Part shown: positions 52,668 through 62,944 of the stretch, piece by piece
Numbering within the stretch: position 1 is the first letter of the stretch
Layout: every line of letters starts with the position of its first letter
Assembly: GCA_963727505.1 (NCBI GenBank)
Contig: CAVSGP010000006.1
Coordinates: 128,001 to 192,000, forward strand
Source: an uncultured Trueperaceae bacterium
GTDB taxonomy: Bacteria; Deinococcota; Deinococci; Deinococcales; Trueperaceae
DNA length: 64,000 bases
Reading direction: 5' to 3'
Notes under the pieces: generated by a model
The model's database searches: none
What the model saw: only the letters and a program-made list of their open reading frames with translations
Told to the model about the DNA's origin: nothing
Position numbers and translations under genes: made by a program

Positions 52668-54523
52668 CCGGCTCCCCGAAGCCGGCGGCGGCACGCCGAT
52701 CCGTCCTCACCTGGCGTAACGCGCTGTTTGCGGTGGCGGGTCTGGCCCTCGTCGCCTACCCGCTGGTGCGGCCAGGCGATCAGTACCAGCAGACCGTGCT
52801 CATCCTCATCTTCTTGCTCGGTGTGATGGCGACGGGCTGGAACGTCATCGCCGGCTTCACCGGCTACGTGTCGCTGGGGCAGAGCGCCTTCCTGGGGCTG
52901 GGCGCATATACCGTCGGACTGCTGACGCGCGTCGTGCATGTCTCGCCGTTCCTCCTGGCGCCGCTCGGCGGCATCGTGGCGGCGCTGGTGGCGGCGCTGC
53001 TCGGCTCGACCATCATGCGCACCCGCGAACACGCCTACGTCATCATCACCATCGCCTTCCTGTTCCTCATGCAGGCCATCGGTCTGAACGCCCCCGGGTT
53101 CACCGGCGGTTCCGATGGCATCACGCTTCCGCTCCCCCCATGGGGGCTCGGCATCGGCAACATGCCGTTCTACTACGCACTGTTCGGCCTCATGCTGCTG
53201 TCGGTCCTGATGACGTGGTGGATCCGCCGTACCAAGTTCGGCATGGGGCTTGTGGCGATCCGTGAGGACGAGGACAAGGCGGCGGCCATCGGCGTGCGGA
53301 CCAGCGTCTACAAGATCCTGGCCACCATCGCCAGCGGCGTGCTCATCGGCGTGGCCGGCGGCGTGTACGCCTACTTCCTGACGTTCATCGATCCGCGAGG
53401 CATGTTCGCGATCCTGGTCAGCGTACAGATCGTCCTCGCGACCCTCATCGGGGGTTTGGGGAGCATCTGGGGGCCGGTCCTGGGCGCGTTCCTGGTGGTG
53501 CCCATGAACGAGGTCACCAACGGCATCGTGGCCGCTCAGGGTGTCCACCTGTTCGTGTTCGGGCTGGTGCTCATGGCGGTCGTGATGTTCCTGCCGCGGG
53601 GACTCCTCCCCACCGTGCGCGGCTGGGTGGATCGCCGACGTGGCACCACTGTCGCGTTCGAACGCAGGCAGAGCGTGCCGAAGGTGGTGGAGCTGAGCGC
53701 CCCACCGGCGGCCGCCGCGCAGGGTCGATGGGCCGGTCGCAGCGACCGCACCCGTCCGCTGCTCGAGATCGATGGGTTGGTGAAGCGCTTCGGTGGCATC
53801 ACCGCCGTGGACGACTGCTCGTTCAGCGTCGCCGAGGGCAGCCTGACCGGCCTCATCGGCCCCAACGGGTCGGGCAAGACCACGGTGTTCAACCTCGTCA
53901 GCGGGATGATGCGCGCCAACGAGGGCTCCATCCGGCTGGACGGCGAGCGGATCGATGCGCTGCAACCCTGGGACCGGGCGTACCGCGGGCTGGGGCGCAC
54001 CTTCCAGAGCACCCGGCTCTTCCCCAAGCTGACCGTGATGGAGAACGTGGTGGCGCCGCTGAAGAGCTTCCAGTGGAACCTGCTGCCGGCCGACGCCGTC
54101 AGCGGACCCGAGGCCCGGCGGGGGATGGAGCTGCTCGACTTCGTGGGGCTGGCGGACTTCGGGCAGCAGCCCGCGTGGCAGCTCTCCTTCGGGCAGAAGA
54201 AGCTGGTCGAGCTGGCGCAGCTCCTCATGCTCGAGCCCCGCCTGATCCTGCTCGACGAGCCGGCAGGCGGCATCAACCCCGGCCTGATCGAGCGCATCTC
54301 CGACACCATCCGTGCGCTCAACAAGCAGGGCCTCACCTTCGTGATCGTGGAGCACAACATGCCGATGGTCCTCGACCTGTGCGATTCGATGCTGGTGATG
54401 GCGCGCGGCAGCGTCATCGCGAAGGGGAGCCCCGACGAGATCCAGAGCAACCCAGTAGTGCTCGACGCCTACCTGGGCGAGGACTGGAACCGCGAGGCCG
54501 AGCTCGAGGAGGCGAGGGCCTGA
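52664..54523 (+). CDS. Fused ABC permease/ATP-binding protein (LivM-LivG)
   Basis: N-terminal [22 protein letters not shown]-terminal [27 protein letters not shown] overlap with the upstream gene. Confidence 0.93.
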   Translation: MTGSPKPAAARRSVLTWRNALFAVAGLALVAYPLVRPGDQYQQTVLILIFLLGVMATGWNVIAGFTGYVSLGQSAFLGLGAYTVGLLTRVVHVSPFLLAPLGGIVAALVAALLGSTIMRTREHAYVIITIAFLFLMQAIGLNAPGFTGGSDGITLPLPPWGLGIGNMPFYYALFGLMLLSVLMTWWIRRTKFGMGLVAIREDEDKAAAIGVRTSVYKILATIASGVLIGVAGGVYAYFLTFIDPRGMFAILVSVQIVLATLIGGLGSIWGPVLGAFLVVPMNEVTNGIVAAQGVHLFVFGLVLMAVVMFLPRGLLPTVRGWVDRRRGTTVAFERRQSVPKVVELSAPPAAAAQGRWAGRSDRTRPLLEIDGLVKRFGGITAVDDCSFSVAEGSLTGLIGPNGSGKTTVFNLVSGMMRANEGSIRLDGERIDALQPWDRAYRGLGRTFQSTRLFPKLTVMENVVAPLKSFQWNLLPADAVSGPEARRGMELLDFVGLADFGQQPAWQLSFGQKKLVELAQLLMLEPRLILLDEPAGGINPGLIERISDTIRALNKQGLTFVIVEHNMPMVLDLCDSMLVMARGSVIAKGSPDEIQSNPVVLDAYLGEDWNREAELEEARA

Positions 54524-55257
54524 TGGCGGCCGTTCTCGAGATGACGGGCGTGGTGTCGGGCTACAACGGGGCTCGTGTCCTGCAGGGCGTCGATCTGGCG
54601 ATCGAGTCCGGCGCCATCACCTGCGTGGTGGGTCCGAACGGCGCGGGCAAGTCGACGCTGCTCAAGACGGTGAGCGGCGTGTGCCGCGTGATCGAGGGGT
54701 CGATCCGCCTCAACGGCTCGGAGTCGCTCGCGACCCTGTCGCCCAGCCAGATCCTGGCACGCGGGGTGGTGCAGGTGCCGCAGCAGAACGCCCTGTTCCC
54801 CAGCCTCACGGTCAAGGACAACGTGCTGATGGGCGCCTACATCCTGCGAGGCAAGCCGGGGCTGGTACGCAAGCGCTACCGGGAGGTCGAGGATCTCATC
54901 CCGCTGGTGCACGACCGCGCCTCGGACAAGGCGGGCAACCTGTCGGGCGGGCAGCGGCGCGCCGTCGAGTTCGCGCGCAGCCTCATGCTCGATCCCAGCC
55001 TGGTGCTGCTCGACGAGCCCTCGCTGGGCTTGGACCGAAAGAGCCTGAAACAGGTGTGGGACCTCATCGCCGGGATGCGCGACCGCGGCCGCACCATCCT
55101 GTTGGTGGAGCAGAACGTCCGGCTGGGCCTGGGTTCGGCCGATTACGGGGTGGTGCTGGAGGGCGGGCGCGTGCGCCTCGAGGGCCCGGCCCGGGAGGTC
55201 CTCGAACATCCCGAGATCGCCGATCTCTACCTCGGCGGCACCGTCCGGGATGCCTGA
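54523..55257 (+). CDS. ABC transporter ATP-binding protein (LivF-like)
   Basis: [24 protein letters not shown]. Confidence 0.93.
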   Translation: MAAVLEMTGVVSGYNGARVLQGVDLAIESGAITCVVGPNGAGKSTLLKTVSGVCRVIEGSIRLNGSESLATLSPSQILARGVVQVPQQNALFPSLTVKDNVLMGAYILRGKPGLVRKRYREVEDLIPLVHDRASDKAGNLSGGQRRAVEFARSLMLDPSLVLLDEPSLGLDRKSLKQVWDLIAGMRDRGRTILLVEQNVRLGLGSADYGVVLEGGRVRLEGPAREVLEHPEIADLYLGGTVRDA

Positions 55258-55350
55258 GCGCGGGAAGCGGGTACGTCGCCCCCGCCGGAGCGGCCGGCGA
55301 CGCCGCCCGCGGCGCCCCTCCGCCGCGGGGATGCGGCCCCCTCTCCGGAG

Positions 55351-56304
55351 GTGGGTGCGGTGACGGGCGTGCTGTGGGCGGCCGTGGCAGGTGTTGCCTA
55401 CGGCGTGTTCCAGGCCGTGAACCGCGGCACGCTCGTCGACATGGACGTGCTGGAGTCCACCTTCCTCCAGCTCCTGGTGAGCTCGTTGGTGCTGGTGGTG
55501 CTGGTGCTCGGGCTGCGCGGCGTGACGCTGGGGCAGATCCCGGCCGCCGCCGTGCTGTACTTCGGCCTGGCGGGCCTCGTCCACTTCGTGGGCGGCTGGA
55601 CGCTCCTGAACCGCAGCCAGAAGCTGCTGGGGGCGGCCCGCACCAGCCCGCTGCTGGCGTCGGTGCCGCTCTTCGGCACGGCCCTGGCGCTCGTCGTCCT
55701 GCGCGAGGTTCCGAGCCTGGCGGCCGTGGCGGGCATGACCACCATCGTCGCGGGCGTCTACGTGGTGCAGCTCGACCGGGCGCGCCGCTTGGCGCGTGCG
55801 GCCGCGGCCGCCGGGTCGGCCGGCGCCGACGGGTCGACCGGTGGCTGGAGGCGGGCGCTGGCGTCGTCGCGCTTCGGGCTCGGCGCGGCTCTGTGCTGGT
55901 CGATCAGCCCGCTGTTCATCCGGCGCGGGCTGGACGCCATGGACGCGCCCATGGTGGGGGTCACGCTCGGGTTGCTCGCCGCAACGCTGGCCTACGGGGG
56001 GATCCTCGCCGTCCGCCGCCGCGCCCCGTGGCGCGGCGTGCCGGCGCGGGCCATGAGCTGGAAGATCGTCGCCGGCGTACTGGTGGGGTTCGCGACCTGG
56101 ACCCGCTGGTACGCCCTGTCGCTCAACCCCGTTACGGTGGTGCTCAGCCTCGGCCTGCTCTCCGTGCCCACCGTCATCGCCCTGGCCCCGCTGCTGGCGG
56201 GCCGCCACCTGGAGCAGGTGACCCGCGCCGTGGTGCTGGGCTCGGCGCTGGTCGTGGTGGGTGCGCTGGTGCTGGTCGCCCCCGGCGTGAGGAGTTCGAT
56301 GTGA
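55351..56304 (+). CDS. EamA/DMT family transporter
   Basis: About 10 TM segments in two repeats; GAARTSPL, LREVP. Start at 55351 or 55360. Confidence 0.88.
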   Translation: MGAVTGVLWAAVAGVAYGVFQAVNRGTLVDMDVLESTFLQLLVSSLVLVVLVLGLRGVTLGQIPAAAVLYFGLAGLVHFVGGWTLLNRSQKLLGAARTSPLLASVPLFGTALALVVLREVPSLAAVAGMTTIVAGVYVVQLDRARRLARAAAAAGSAGADGSTGGWRRALASSRFGLGAALCWSISPLFIRRGLDAMDAPMVGVTLGLLAATLAYGGILAVRRRAPWRGVPARAMSWKIVAGVLVGFATWTRWYALSLNPVTVVLSLGLLSVPTVIALAPLLAGRHLEQVTRAVVLGSALVVVGALVLVAPGVRSSM

Positions 56305-57309
56305 ACGTAGACGTCCATTGCCACGCCATCGTCCCTGAGATGCTGCGAGGGGCGGGTGGCGACGAGCCCTGGCGACCGTCGGTCACGTGGGAGGACGGCG
56401 CGCAGGTGGTGGCCTACCGCGGCAAGAGGATCCGTTCCGCCGTCCGTGAGTTCGTACGGGTCGATCAGATGCTGGAGGAGGCGGCAAGCGAAGGCGTCGA
56501 CCACGTGGTGCTCTCGCCGTGGGTCAACTTGCTCCCCTTCGAGCCTCGCGGTGGACGAAGCGCTGGCGGTATGCGGGCTGCAGAACGAGGCGCTGTCCCG
56601 CGCGGCCCGGGCCCATCCGGGGCGGGTGAGCGGGCTCGGCGCCGTGCCGCTGCAGGACCCGGAACGCGCCGCCGAAGAGCTGGAGCGCGTCATGGGCCTG
56701 CCGGGGATGCTCGGCGTCGAGACCAGCGCCAGCGTGCAGGGCGCCTACCTCGGCGACGACCGCTTCCTGCCCTTCTGGGAGGCCGCCGAGCGCCTCGGAG
56801 CGCTGGTGTTCGTCCATCCGACCACCAAGGGCTTCGGGCTGCCGGTGTTCGAGGACTACTACATGTGGAACACCGTCGCCAACCCCATGGAGACCGCGGT
56901 CACCGCCGCGCACATGGTGATGGCGGGCGTGATGGAACGCCATCCGGAGCTCCGGGTGCTGCTCGCACACGGCGGCGGAGCGCTGCTGGCGCTGCGTGGC
57001 CGGCTGCGCCACGCGGCCTCCTTCCAACCGCAGGCGCGAGCGCGACTCGAGGGCTCCTTCGACGACTCGCTCCGGCGCTTCTATTACGACACCGTCACCT
57101 TCGACGGCGAGCTGCTCCGTTCGCTCGTCGATTACGTCGGTCCCGAGCGCGTGCTGCTCGGGACCGACCGGCCCTTCGACATGGGCACCGCCCGGTCGGT
57201 CGAAGAGGTGCGTGCCCTGCAGCTTCCCGAAGCGCAGGAGCGGGAGCTGCTGGGCGGCAACGCCGAGCGCCTGTTCGGACTGTCGGCCACCGTCACGGCA
57301 GGGCGATGA
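56301..57309 (+). pseudogene. Amidohydrolase_2 (ACMSD-like) with a +1 frameshift near 56544
   Basis: N-terminal VDVHCH in one frame; VPLQDP, FVHP, AHGGG, YYDT, LGTDRPF in another. Total length 1009 nt = 3n+1. Confidence 0.85.
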
Positions 57310-57349
57310 GCGTGCGAGTCCATCGCTCCATGACGCGGAGGGTGCCGGC

Positions 57350-58930
57350 ATGAGCGAGGCTTTCGACGTCGTCGTCGCCGGGGCCGGGCATAACAGTCTG
57401 GTCACGGCGGCCTACCTCGCCAAGGCGGGGTTCCGATGCCTGGTGCTGGAGTCGCGTCACGAGGTAGGGGGCGACACCAACACCGAGGCACTCACCCTGC
57501 CCGGCTTCCGCCACGACGCCTGCTCGACGGCGCACACGTTGCTGCAGAGCAGCCCGCTGCTGCGTGACGACGAGCTGGACCTCGAGCGCTACGGGCTCAC
57601 CTACCTCCACCCCGACCCGGTGGTGCACGTTCCCTTCCCGGACGGCACCTCGATCACGCAGTGGCGCGACCCGGAACGCACGGCCGCGGAGCTGGCGCGC
57701 TTCTCCGAGCGCGACGCGGCCGCCTACCTGCGGGCGCTGGCCGAGTACGAGGAGGTGGCCCCGTTGTTCGGGCGCCACCGCTACACCCCCATCGGCTGGG
57801 GGCCGTCGCTGGCCGAACGGCTGGCCGAGCACCCGCACGGCAACCGCTGGCTGCGACGCCAGGCCATGAGCGCCTGGGACATCATCGAGGACACCTACGA
57901 GAGCGAACGGGTCCGTGCGTTCATGCTGTGGATGGCCTTCATGACGATGCAGCCGCCCGAACGGCCCGGCACCGGCCGGCTGGCGTACTCCCTGATCTAC
58001 GGCCGTCAGAAGCACAGCTGGACCCTTCCCAGGGGCGGCTCGGGCTCGCTGCCCGCGGCGCTGGCGCGGCTCATCGAGGATCGGGGCGGGGTCATCCTGA
58101 CCGACCGTCGAGTGCGCCGGCTGCTGCTCGAGCACGGGCGCTGCATCGGCGTTCAGACCGAGGACGGCGAGGAGCACCGCGCGACGAGGGCCGTGCTCTC
58201 GACCATCCACATCAAGCACCTGGTCGGCATGGCTCCGGCCGCGGCCTGGGGCGAGGACTTCCTCTACGGCGTGCGCACCTGGAAGGCGGGGGTGTCGATG
58301 TTCGTCACCCACTACGCCACCACCGAGCCGCCGCAGTTCGCGGTGGAGGGCGGCACCCTGACCGCCTCGGCCAGCGGTACGCCGGGCTCGGTGGCGCGCA
58401 TGCTGCGCGTCGCGCCCGAGTTCCGCCGCGGCACCGTGGCCGACGACGACCCCGTGCTGCTGGTGCTGTGCCAGACCGTAGCCGACCCCTCGCGCGCGCC
58501 GGAAGGCAGGCACACCCTGAAGGTGGTCGGGTTCCAGCCCTACGAGCTCGCCGAGGGCGCCGAACGCTGGGACGCCCTCGAGGAGGAGGTGTCGGAGGCC
58601 AACCTGGCACAGCTCCGGCGCTACGCCCCCAACCTCACCGAGGACACCATCCTCGCACGGGTGATCGAGAGCCCGCTGGGGCTGGAGCGCTTCAACGAGC
58701 ACAACTGGCACGGCTCCTGCCACGGCGGCGACGCCTCGCCGGCGCAGTCCGGCGCGCTGCGCCCCGCGCCCGGCTGGGCGGACCACCGTACGCCGATCGA
58801 GGGGCTCTACCAGACCGGCGCCACCACGCATCCCGGAGGGTCGGTGTCCGCCGGGCCGGGTCGCAACGCGGCCATGGTCATGCTCCGGGATCTAGGAACC
58901 AGTCTCGAGGAGGTCGTGCAGCGTGCCTGA
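57350..58930 (+). CDS. FAD-dependent oxidoreductase, phytoene desaturase-like family
   Basis: VVVAGAGHNSL, PRGGSG, RTPIEGLYQTGATTHPGGSV. Confidence 0.92.
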   Translation: MSEAFDVVVAGAGHNSLVTAAYLAKAGFRCLVLESRHEVGGDTNTEALTLPGFRHDACSTAHTLLQSSPLLRDDELDLERYGLTYLHPDPVVHVPFPDGTSITQWRDPERTAAELARFSERDAAAYLRALAEYEEVAPLFGRHRYTPIGWGPSLAERLAEHPHGNRWLRRQAMSAWDIIEDTYESERVRAFMLWMAFMTMQPPERPGTGRLAYSLIYGRQKHSWTLPRGGSGSLPAALARLIEDRGGVILTDRRVRRLLLEHGRCIGVQTEDGEEHRATRAVLSTIHIKHLVGMAPAAAWGEDFLYGVRTWKAGVSMFVTHYATTEPPQFAVEGGTLTASASGTPGSVARMLRVAPEFRRGTVADDDPVLLVLCQTVADPSRAPEGRHTLKVVGFQPYELAEGAERWDALEEEVSEANLAQLRRYAPNLTEDTILARVIESPLGLERFNEHNWHGSCHGGDASPAQSGALRPAPGWADHRTPIEGLYQTGATTHPGGSVSAGPGRNAAMVMLRDLGTSLEEVVQRA

Positions 58931-59981
58931 CAAGAAGATCGAGTCCGCCGTTCTCAACTGGGCCCCGCGCTTCACATCGCAGGGCGTCGACTACAACGAC
59001 TTCGTGCGGGTCACCGCGGGTCTGGAGCGCTGGGACGACTGGCTCGACGCCTGGAGCGCCAACGGCGACACGCACGCCGAGCTCGCCGAGCAGGCCGAGG
59101 AGCGGGGGCGCACGCTGTCGGCCGGGGAAGCCTGGGTGCGCGCCGCGCTGAGCTACCACTTCGCCAAGTTCGTGTGGATGGTCGACATGGCGAAGTACCG
59201 CGCGGCCGCGGACCGCGCGGTGAACGCGTTGCGCCAGGCGCACCGCCTGCTCGACCCCAGTGCCGAGCGTCTCGAGGTGCCGTTCGAGGGCGGCAGGATC
59301 GTCGGCAACTTGCGGCGGCCGGCCGGCATCCCGCGGCCGCCGCTGGTGCTGCTCCTGCCCGGCCTCGACTCCACCAAGGAGGAGTTCTTCAACTGGGAGA
59401 ACGTGTTCCTGGCGCGCGGTATGGCGACGCTGTCGCTCGACGGGCCCGGCCAGGGCGAGACCGGCTACCACACCGTGATCCACCCGAACTACGAGGTCGG
59501 CCCGGCGGCGATGCTCGACCATCTCGCCGGCCGCGGCGACCTCGACCTCGAGCGCGTCGGCGTGGCCGGCGTATCGCTGGGCGGGTACTACGCCCCGCGC
59601 ACGGCCGCTTTCGAGCCGCGCATCAAGGCCGTATGCGCCATCGGCGGGCCCTACAACTTCGGCGAGTTCTTCGCCGAGCGTCCCGCCATCTCGCGCGAGA
59701 CCTTCCTCCACCATTCGGGCACCGACAGCCTGGAGGCGGCCCAGGCGGTCGCCAGCCGACTCAGCCTGGAGGGGGTGGCGGAAAGGATCGCGCAACCCTT
59801 CCTGGTGATCTTCGGCAAGCTGGACCGGCTGGTGCCCTACCAGCAGGCGGAGCGGGTGGCGGCCGAGGCCCCCAACGCGCAGCTGGTCATGTATCCCGAC
59901 GGCAACCACGTCTGCAACAACCTGCCCTACAAGTACCGCCCCCTGGCCGGGGACTGGATGGCGGAGCGGCTACGTGGTTGA
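58923..59981 (+). CDS. Alpha/beta hydrolase, 2,6-dihydroxypseudooxynicotine hydrolase-like
   Basis: PGLDSTKEE, DGPGQGE, GVSLGG (Ser), D-L-V, GNHVCNN (His). Confidence 0.88.
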   Translation: MPDKKIESAVLNWAPRFTSQGVDYNDFVRVTAGLERWDDWLDAWSANGDTHAELAEQAEERGRTLSAGEAWVRAALSYHFAKFVWMVDMAKYRAAADRAVNALRQAHRLLDPSAERLEVPFEGGRIVGNLRRPAGIPRPPLVLLLPGLDSTKEEFFNWENVFLARGMATLSLDGPGQGETGYHTVIHPNYEVGPAAMLDHLAGRGDLDLERVGVAGVSLGGYYAPRTAAFEPRIKAVCAIGGPYNFGEFFAERPAISRETFLHHSGTDSLEAAQAVASRLSLEGVAERIAQPFLVIFGKLDRLVPYQQAERVAAEAPNAQLVMYPDGNHVCNNLPYKYRPLAGDWMAERLRG

Positions 59982-61178
59982 CCGGTTCACCAATGGCGAG
60001 ATGGCGCGGCGCTGGGGCATCGCGCGCGACCTCATGGACGAACACGAGCTGGACGCCCTGCTCCTGTTCGGGAACTCGGGGGTGAACCGCCACAACGAGG
60101 CCAACGTCTTCTGGCTCTCCAACCACCTCGACCTGCACCACTGCTACCTGATCGCGCCGCGCGACGAGGGTCTGCCGGCCGCCCTCTACACCGGGCTGAC
60201 CAACCACGTCCCCAACGCCAGGCAGGTCAGCGACGTGCCGGACATCGCCTGGGGCGGCTATGACCCCGCCGCCACGGTGGCCGCCCGCCTGCGCGAACAG
60301 GGCCTCGGGAGTGCACGCCTCGGGCTGGTCGGCGTCAACGCCACCTTCGGCATGGGCATGCCCTACGCGCACCTCCGGACGCTGCGCGAGGCTCTGCCGG
60401 GACTGAGCGTCGTCGACGTCACCCGCGCCTTCGCGGCGCTCCGCGCCGTCAAGTCGGGCGAGGAGATCGCCTGGCTGCGCAAGGCGGCGAGCTTCACCGA
60501 CCGCACCATCCGCGCCCTGCAGGCCGAGGTCCGGCCCGGGATGCCGGAGTACGCCCTGCTCGACATCATCGAGCACGCCTACCGCGCCGACGGGGGCCAG
60601 CCCCACATCGCGTTCCTGCGCTCCATGCCGATGGACGCACCCAACGGCTGCCTGCCGGCACAGAATCCCTCGGACCGGCGCATCGAGCACGGGGACGTCA
60701 TCATCACCGAGATCAGCGCCTCCTGGTGGGGCTACTCCGGCCAGATCCACCGGCCGGTGTTCGTGGGGGCCGAGCCCACCCCGCCGTGGCAGCGCATGTT
60801 CGACACCGCTCGGGAGGCCTACCAGCGTATGGCCGAGGTGATCCGTCCGGGCGCCAGCGAGGGCGACGTCATCCGCGCCGCATCGGTCATCGGCGAGCGC
60901 GGCTACGCCATCTACGACGACCTCATCCACGGCTACGGGGTCGACATCCATCCACCGCTCGTCGACCGCTCGTGCTGCCGTTACTGGCCCTGGGACGATG
61001 CTCGTCCCGCGCCTGCCGGGCGCCGGTTCGAGGCCGGCATGGCCATCGTGATCCAGCCCAACCCGATCACTCCCGACGAGCGCATGGGGCTGCAGCTCGG
61101 CGCGCTCACGGTCGTCACCGGAGCCGGGGCCGAGTCGCTGCACAGGTCCCGTTCGAGCCGGTGGTGACGACGGCATGA
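59974..61178 (+). CDS. M24-fold hydrolase (creatinase-like); C-terminal frameshift likely
   Basis: RAVKSGEEI, TEISASWWGYSGQIHR, IHGYG, IQPNP. The in-frame stop is at 61167; an alternative-frame tail VPFEPVVTTA* ends at 61178, overlapping the next ATG. Confidence 0.85.
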
Positions 61179-62221
61179 GCTCCGCCGCGCGCCCGAGCGG
61201 CTCGGACCGCGGCGACGCGGGGGCCCGCTGGGCGTCGGCCTGGTCGGGGTGGGGCGCTGGGGCGTGCGGCTCGGCGCGGCACTGCGGCGCGCCGAGGGCG
61301 TGAAGCTCATCAGCTGCTACGCGCGCACGGCCGAGGCGCGCGGAGGCGGCGGCTCGGGAGCTCGGGTGCAACGCCGCGGCCACGCTGGAGGCGCTGCTGG
61401 ACGACCCGCGGGTCGAGGCGGTGGTCGTGGCGACCCCCAACGCCAGCCACGAGGCCATCACGCTGGCCGCCGCCGCGCGCGGCGTGCACGTGTTCGTCGA
61501 GAAGCCGATCGCCCCCGACGAGGCGGCCGCCCGCGCCATGGCGGCGGCTTGCGAGCGCGCCGGCGTGACGCTGCAGGTGGGCCACGCCTTCCGGCGGCTG
61601 GGTGCGTCGCGCGCCGCGCACCGGATGGTGCGCTCGGGCGCGCTCGGCACGGTGGTGCTCGCCGAGGCCAACTTCTCGCTGCCCGGCGCGTTCGCGCCCG
61701 GCAACTGGCGCTCCCAGCGGGCGACGCTGCCGGGCGGCCCCATGACGCAACTCGGTGTTCACCACGCCGACACCCTGCAGGCATGGCTGGGCCCGGCGGT
61801 GCGGGTCCGGGGCTCGTTGGGGCACGTGGCCGCGGACGCCGATATCGACGACGTGGCCGTTGCGGTGCTGGAGCACGGCTCGGGCGCCCGCTCGGTCATC
61901 GCCTGTAGTTACGTCTCGCCCAAGACCTATCGCATCCGGCTCTACGGCACGCGCGCCAACCTGGAGCTGCGCACCGCGATGGCGCTGTGGCCGGAGGCCG
62001 AGCGCATGGACGCGGGGACCACCCTGACGCTGGAGATGGACGGCGGCTCCCGGCGGGTGCCGTTCGCGGTGCGCGACATGCTGGTCGACGAACTGGAAGC
62101 CTTCGGGCGCTGCGCACGGTCGGGGGAGGCGCCCGAGACCGGCGCCGAGGAGGGCATCGCGGCGCTGCGCGTCATCCTCGGCGTGTTGCCGGCGGAGGCG
62201 GCCCGCGAGGTCGCGCGCTGA
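61175..62221 (+). pseudogene. Gfo/Idh/MocA oxidoreductase with two compensating frameshifts
   Basis: The Rossmann motif LGVGLVGVGRWG lies in a different frame from both the ATG (61175) and VVVATPNASH / VFVEKPIA / GVHHAD. Breaks are near 61220 and 61341. Confidence 0.82.
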
Positions 62222-62311
62222 ACGGCTGCGTGGCAGGGAGCGCGCTAGGAATGGGGCACGACCGAGATGTTCCGGGGCAGGCGCGAGCAGCGCGCCGGAA
62301 GGAGTGACGCC

Positions 62312-62941
62312 ATGGAGAAGCAACGCATCAGCTACGTGGATCCCAAGACGCTCGAGGACCCGAAGATGCTCGAGGAGCTACAGCGCTGCGCCCGCGAGGG
62401 CACGCCCCGGCCCGAGAGCTCCGCGGTGCGCGCCCACGTGCCCGCGGTGTTCTGGTCGTTCGCGAACAGCTGGCGCGACGTGTTCAAGCACGGCGTGTGC
62501 GACCACGCCATCAAGGAGCTGTGCAGGGTGTACGTGTCGCGGTCGGTGAAGTGCGAGTACTGCGGCAACCAGCGCTCCATGACGGCGGCCAGGGACGGTC
62601 TCGAGGAAGAGGACTACCGCGCGCTGATGGAGTTCGAGAGCGCAGGCCGCTACGACGACCGTCAGAAGGCCGCGCTGTCGCTGGCCCAGGCCATCGCCTG
62701 GCACTCCGACCTGAGCGACGAGGACTGGGCACGGCTTCACCGGCACTTCAGCGAGCCCGAACTGGTGGAGCTGGGCTACTTCATCGGCCTGACGCTCGGC
62801 CAGCAGAGCTTCCTCAGGCTGCTCAACATCGGGCACCACGAGGTGCTGGATCTCGGGGACGCCTCGCTGGCGCCCGGGTTCGAGACCAAGGAGGAGATGG
62901 CCGAGACGCGTGCGTCGGAGGACTACTGGGCCCGCAAGTGA
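62312..62941 (+). CDS. Carboxymuconolactone decarboxylase/AhpD-like protein
   Basis: DHAIKELCRVYVSRSVKCEYC (CxxC), LHRHFSEPELVEL; GAAGGAG RBS. Confidence 0.88.
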   Translation: MEKQRISYVDPKTLEDPKMLEELQRCAREGTPRPESSAVRAHVPAVFWSFANSWRDVFKHGVCDHAIKELCRVYVSRSVKCEYCGNQRSMTAARDGLEEEDYRALMEFESAGRYDDRQKAALSLAQAIAWHSDLSDEDWARLHRHFSEPELVELGYFIGLTLGQQSFLRLLNIGHHEVLDLGDASLAPGFETKEEMAETRASEDYWARK

Positions 62942-62944
62942 GGG

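Noticed and set aside
52664..54523. LivM-LivG fusion as a novelty
   Set aside because: Such fusions are common in HAAT-family ABC transporters.
57350..58930. Carotenoid biosynthesis gene (crtI/crtO)
   Set aside because: Family-level similarity only. There are no crt neighbours and it sits in a catabolic operon.
58923..59981. Nicotine degradation cluster
   Set aside because: No molybdenum hydroxylase (ndh/kdh), 6-hydroxynicotine oxidase or dihydroxypyridine hydroxylase genes are visible in the window.
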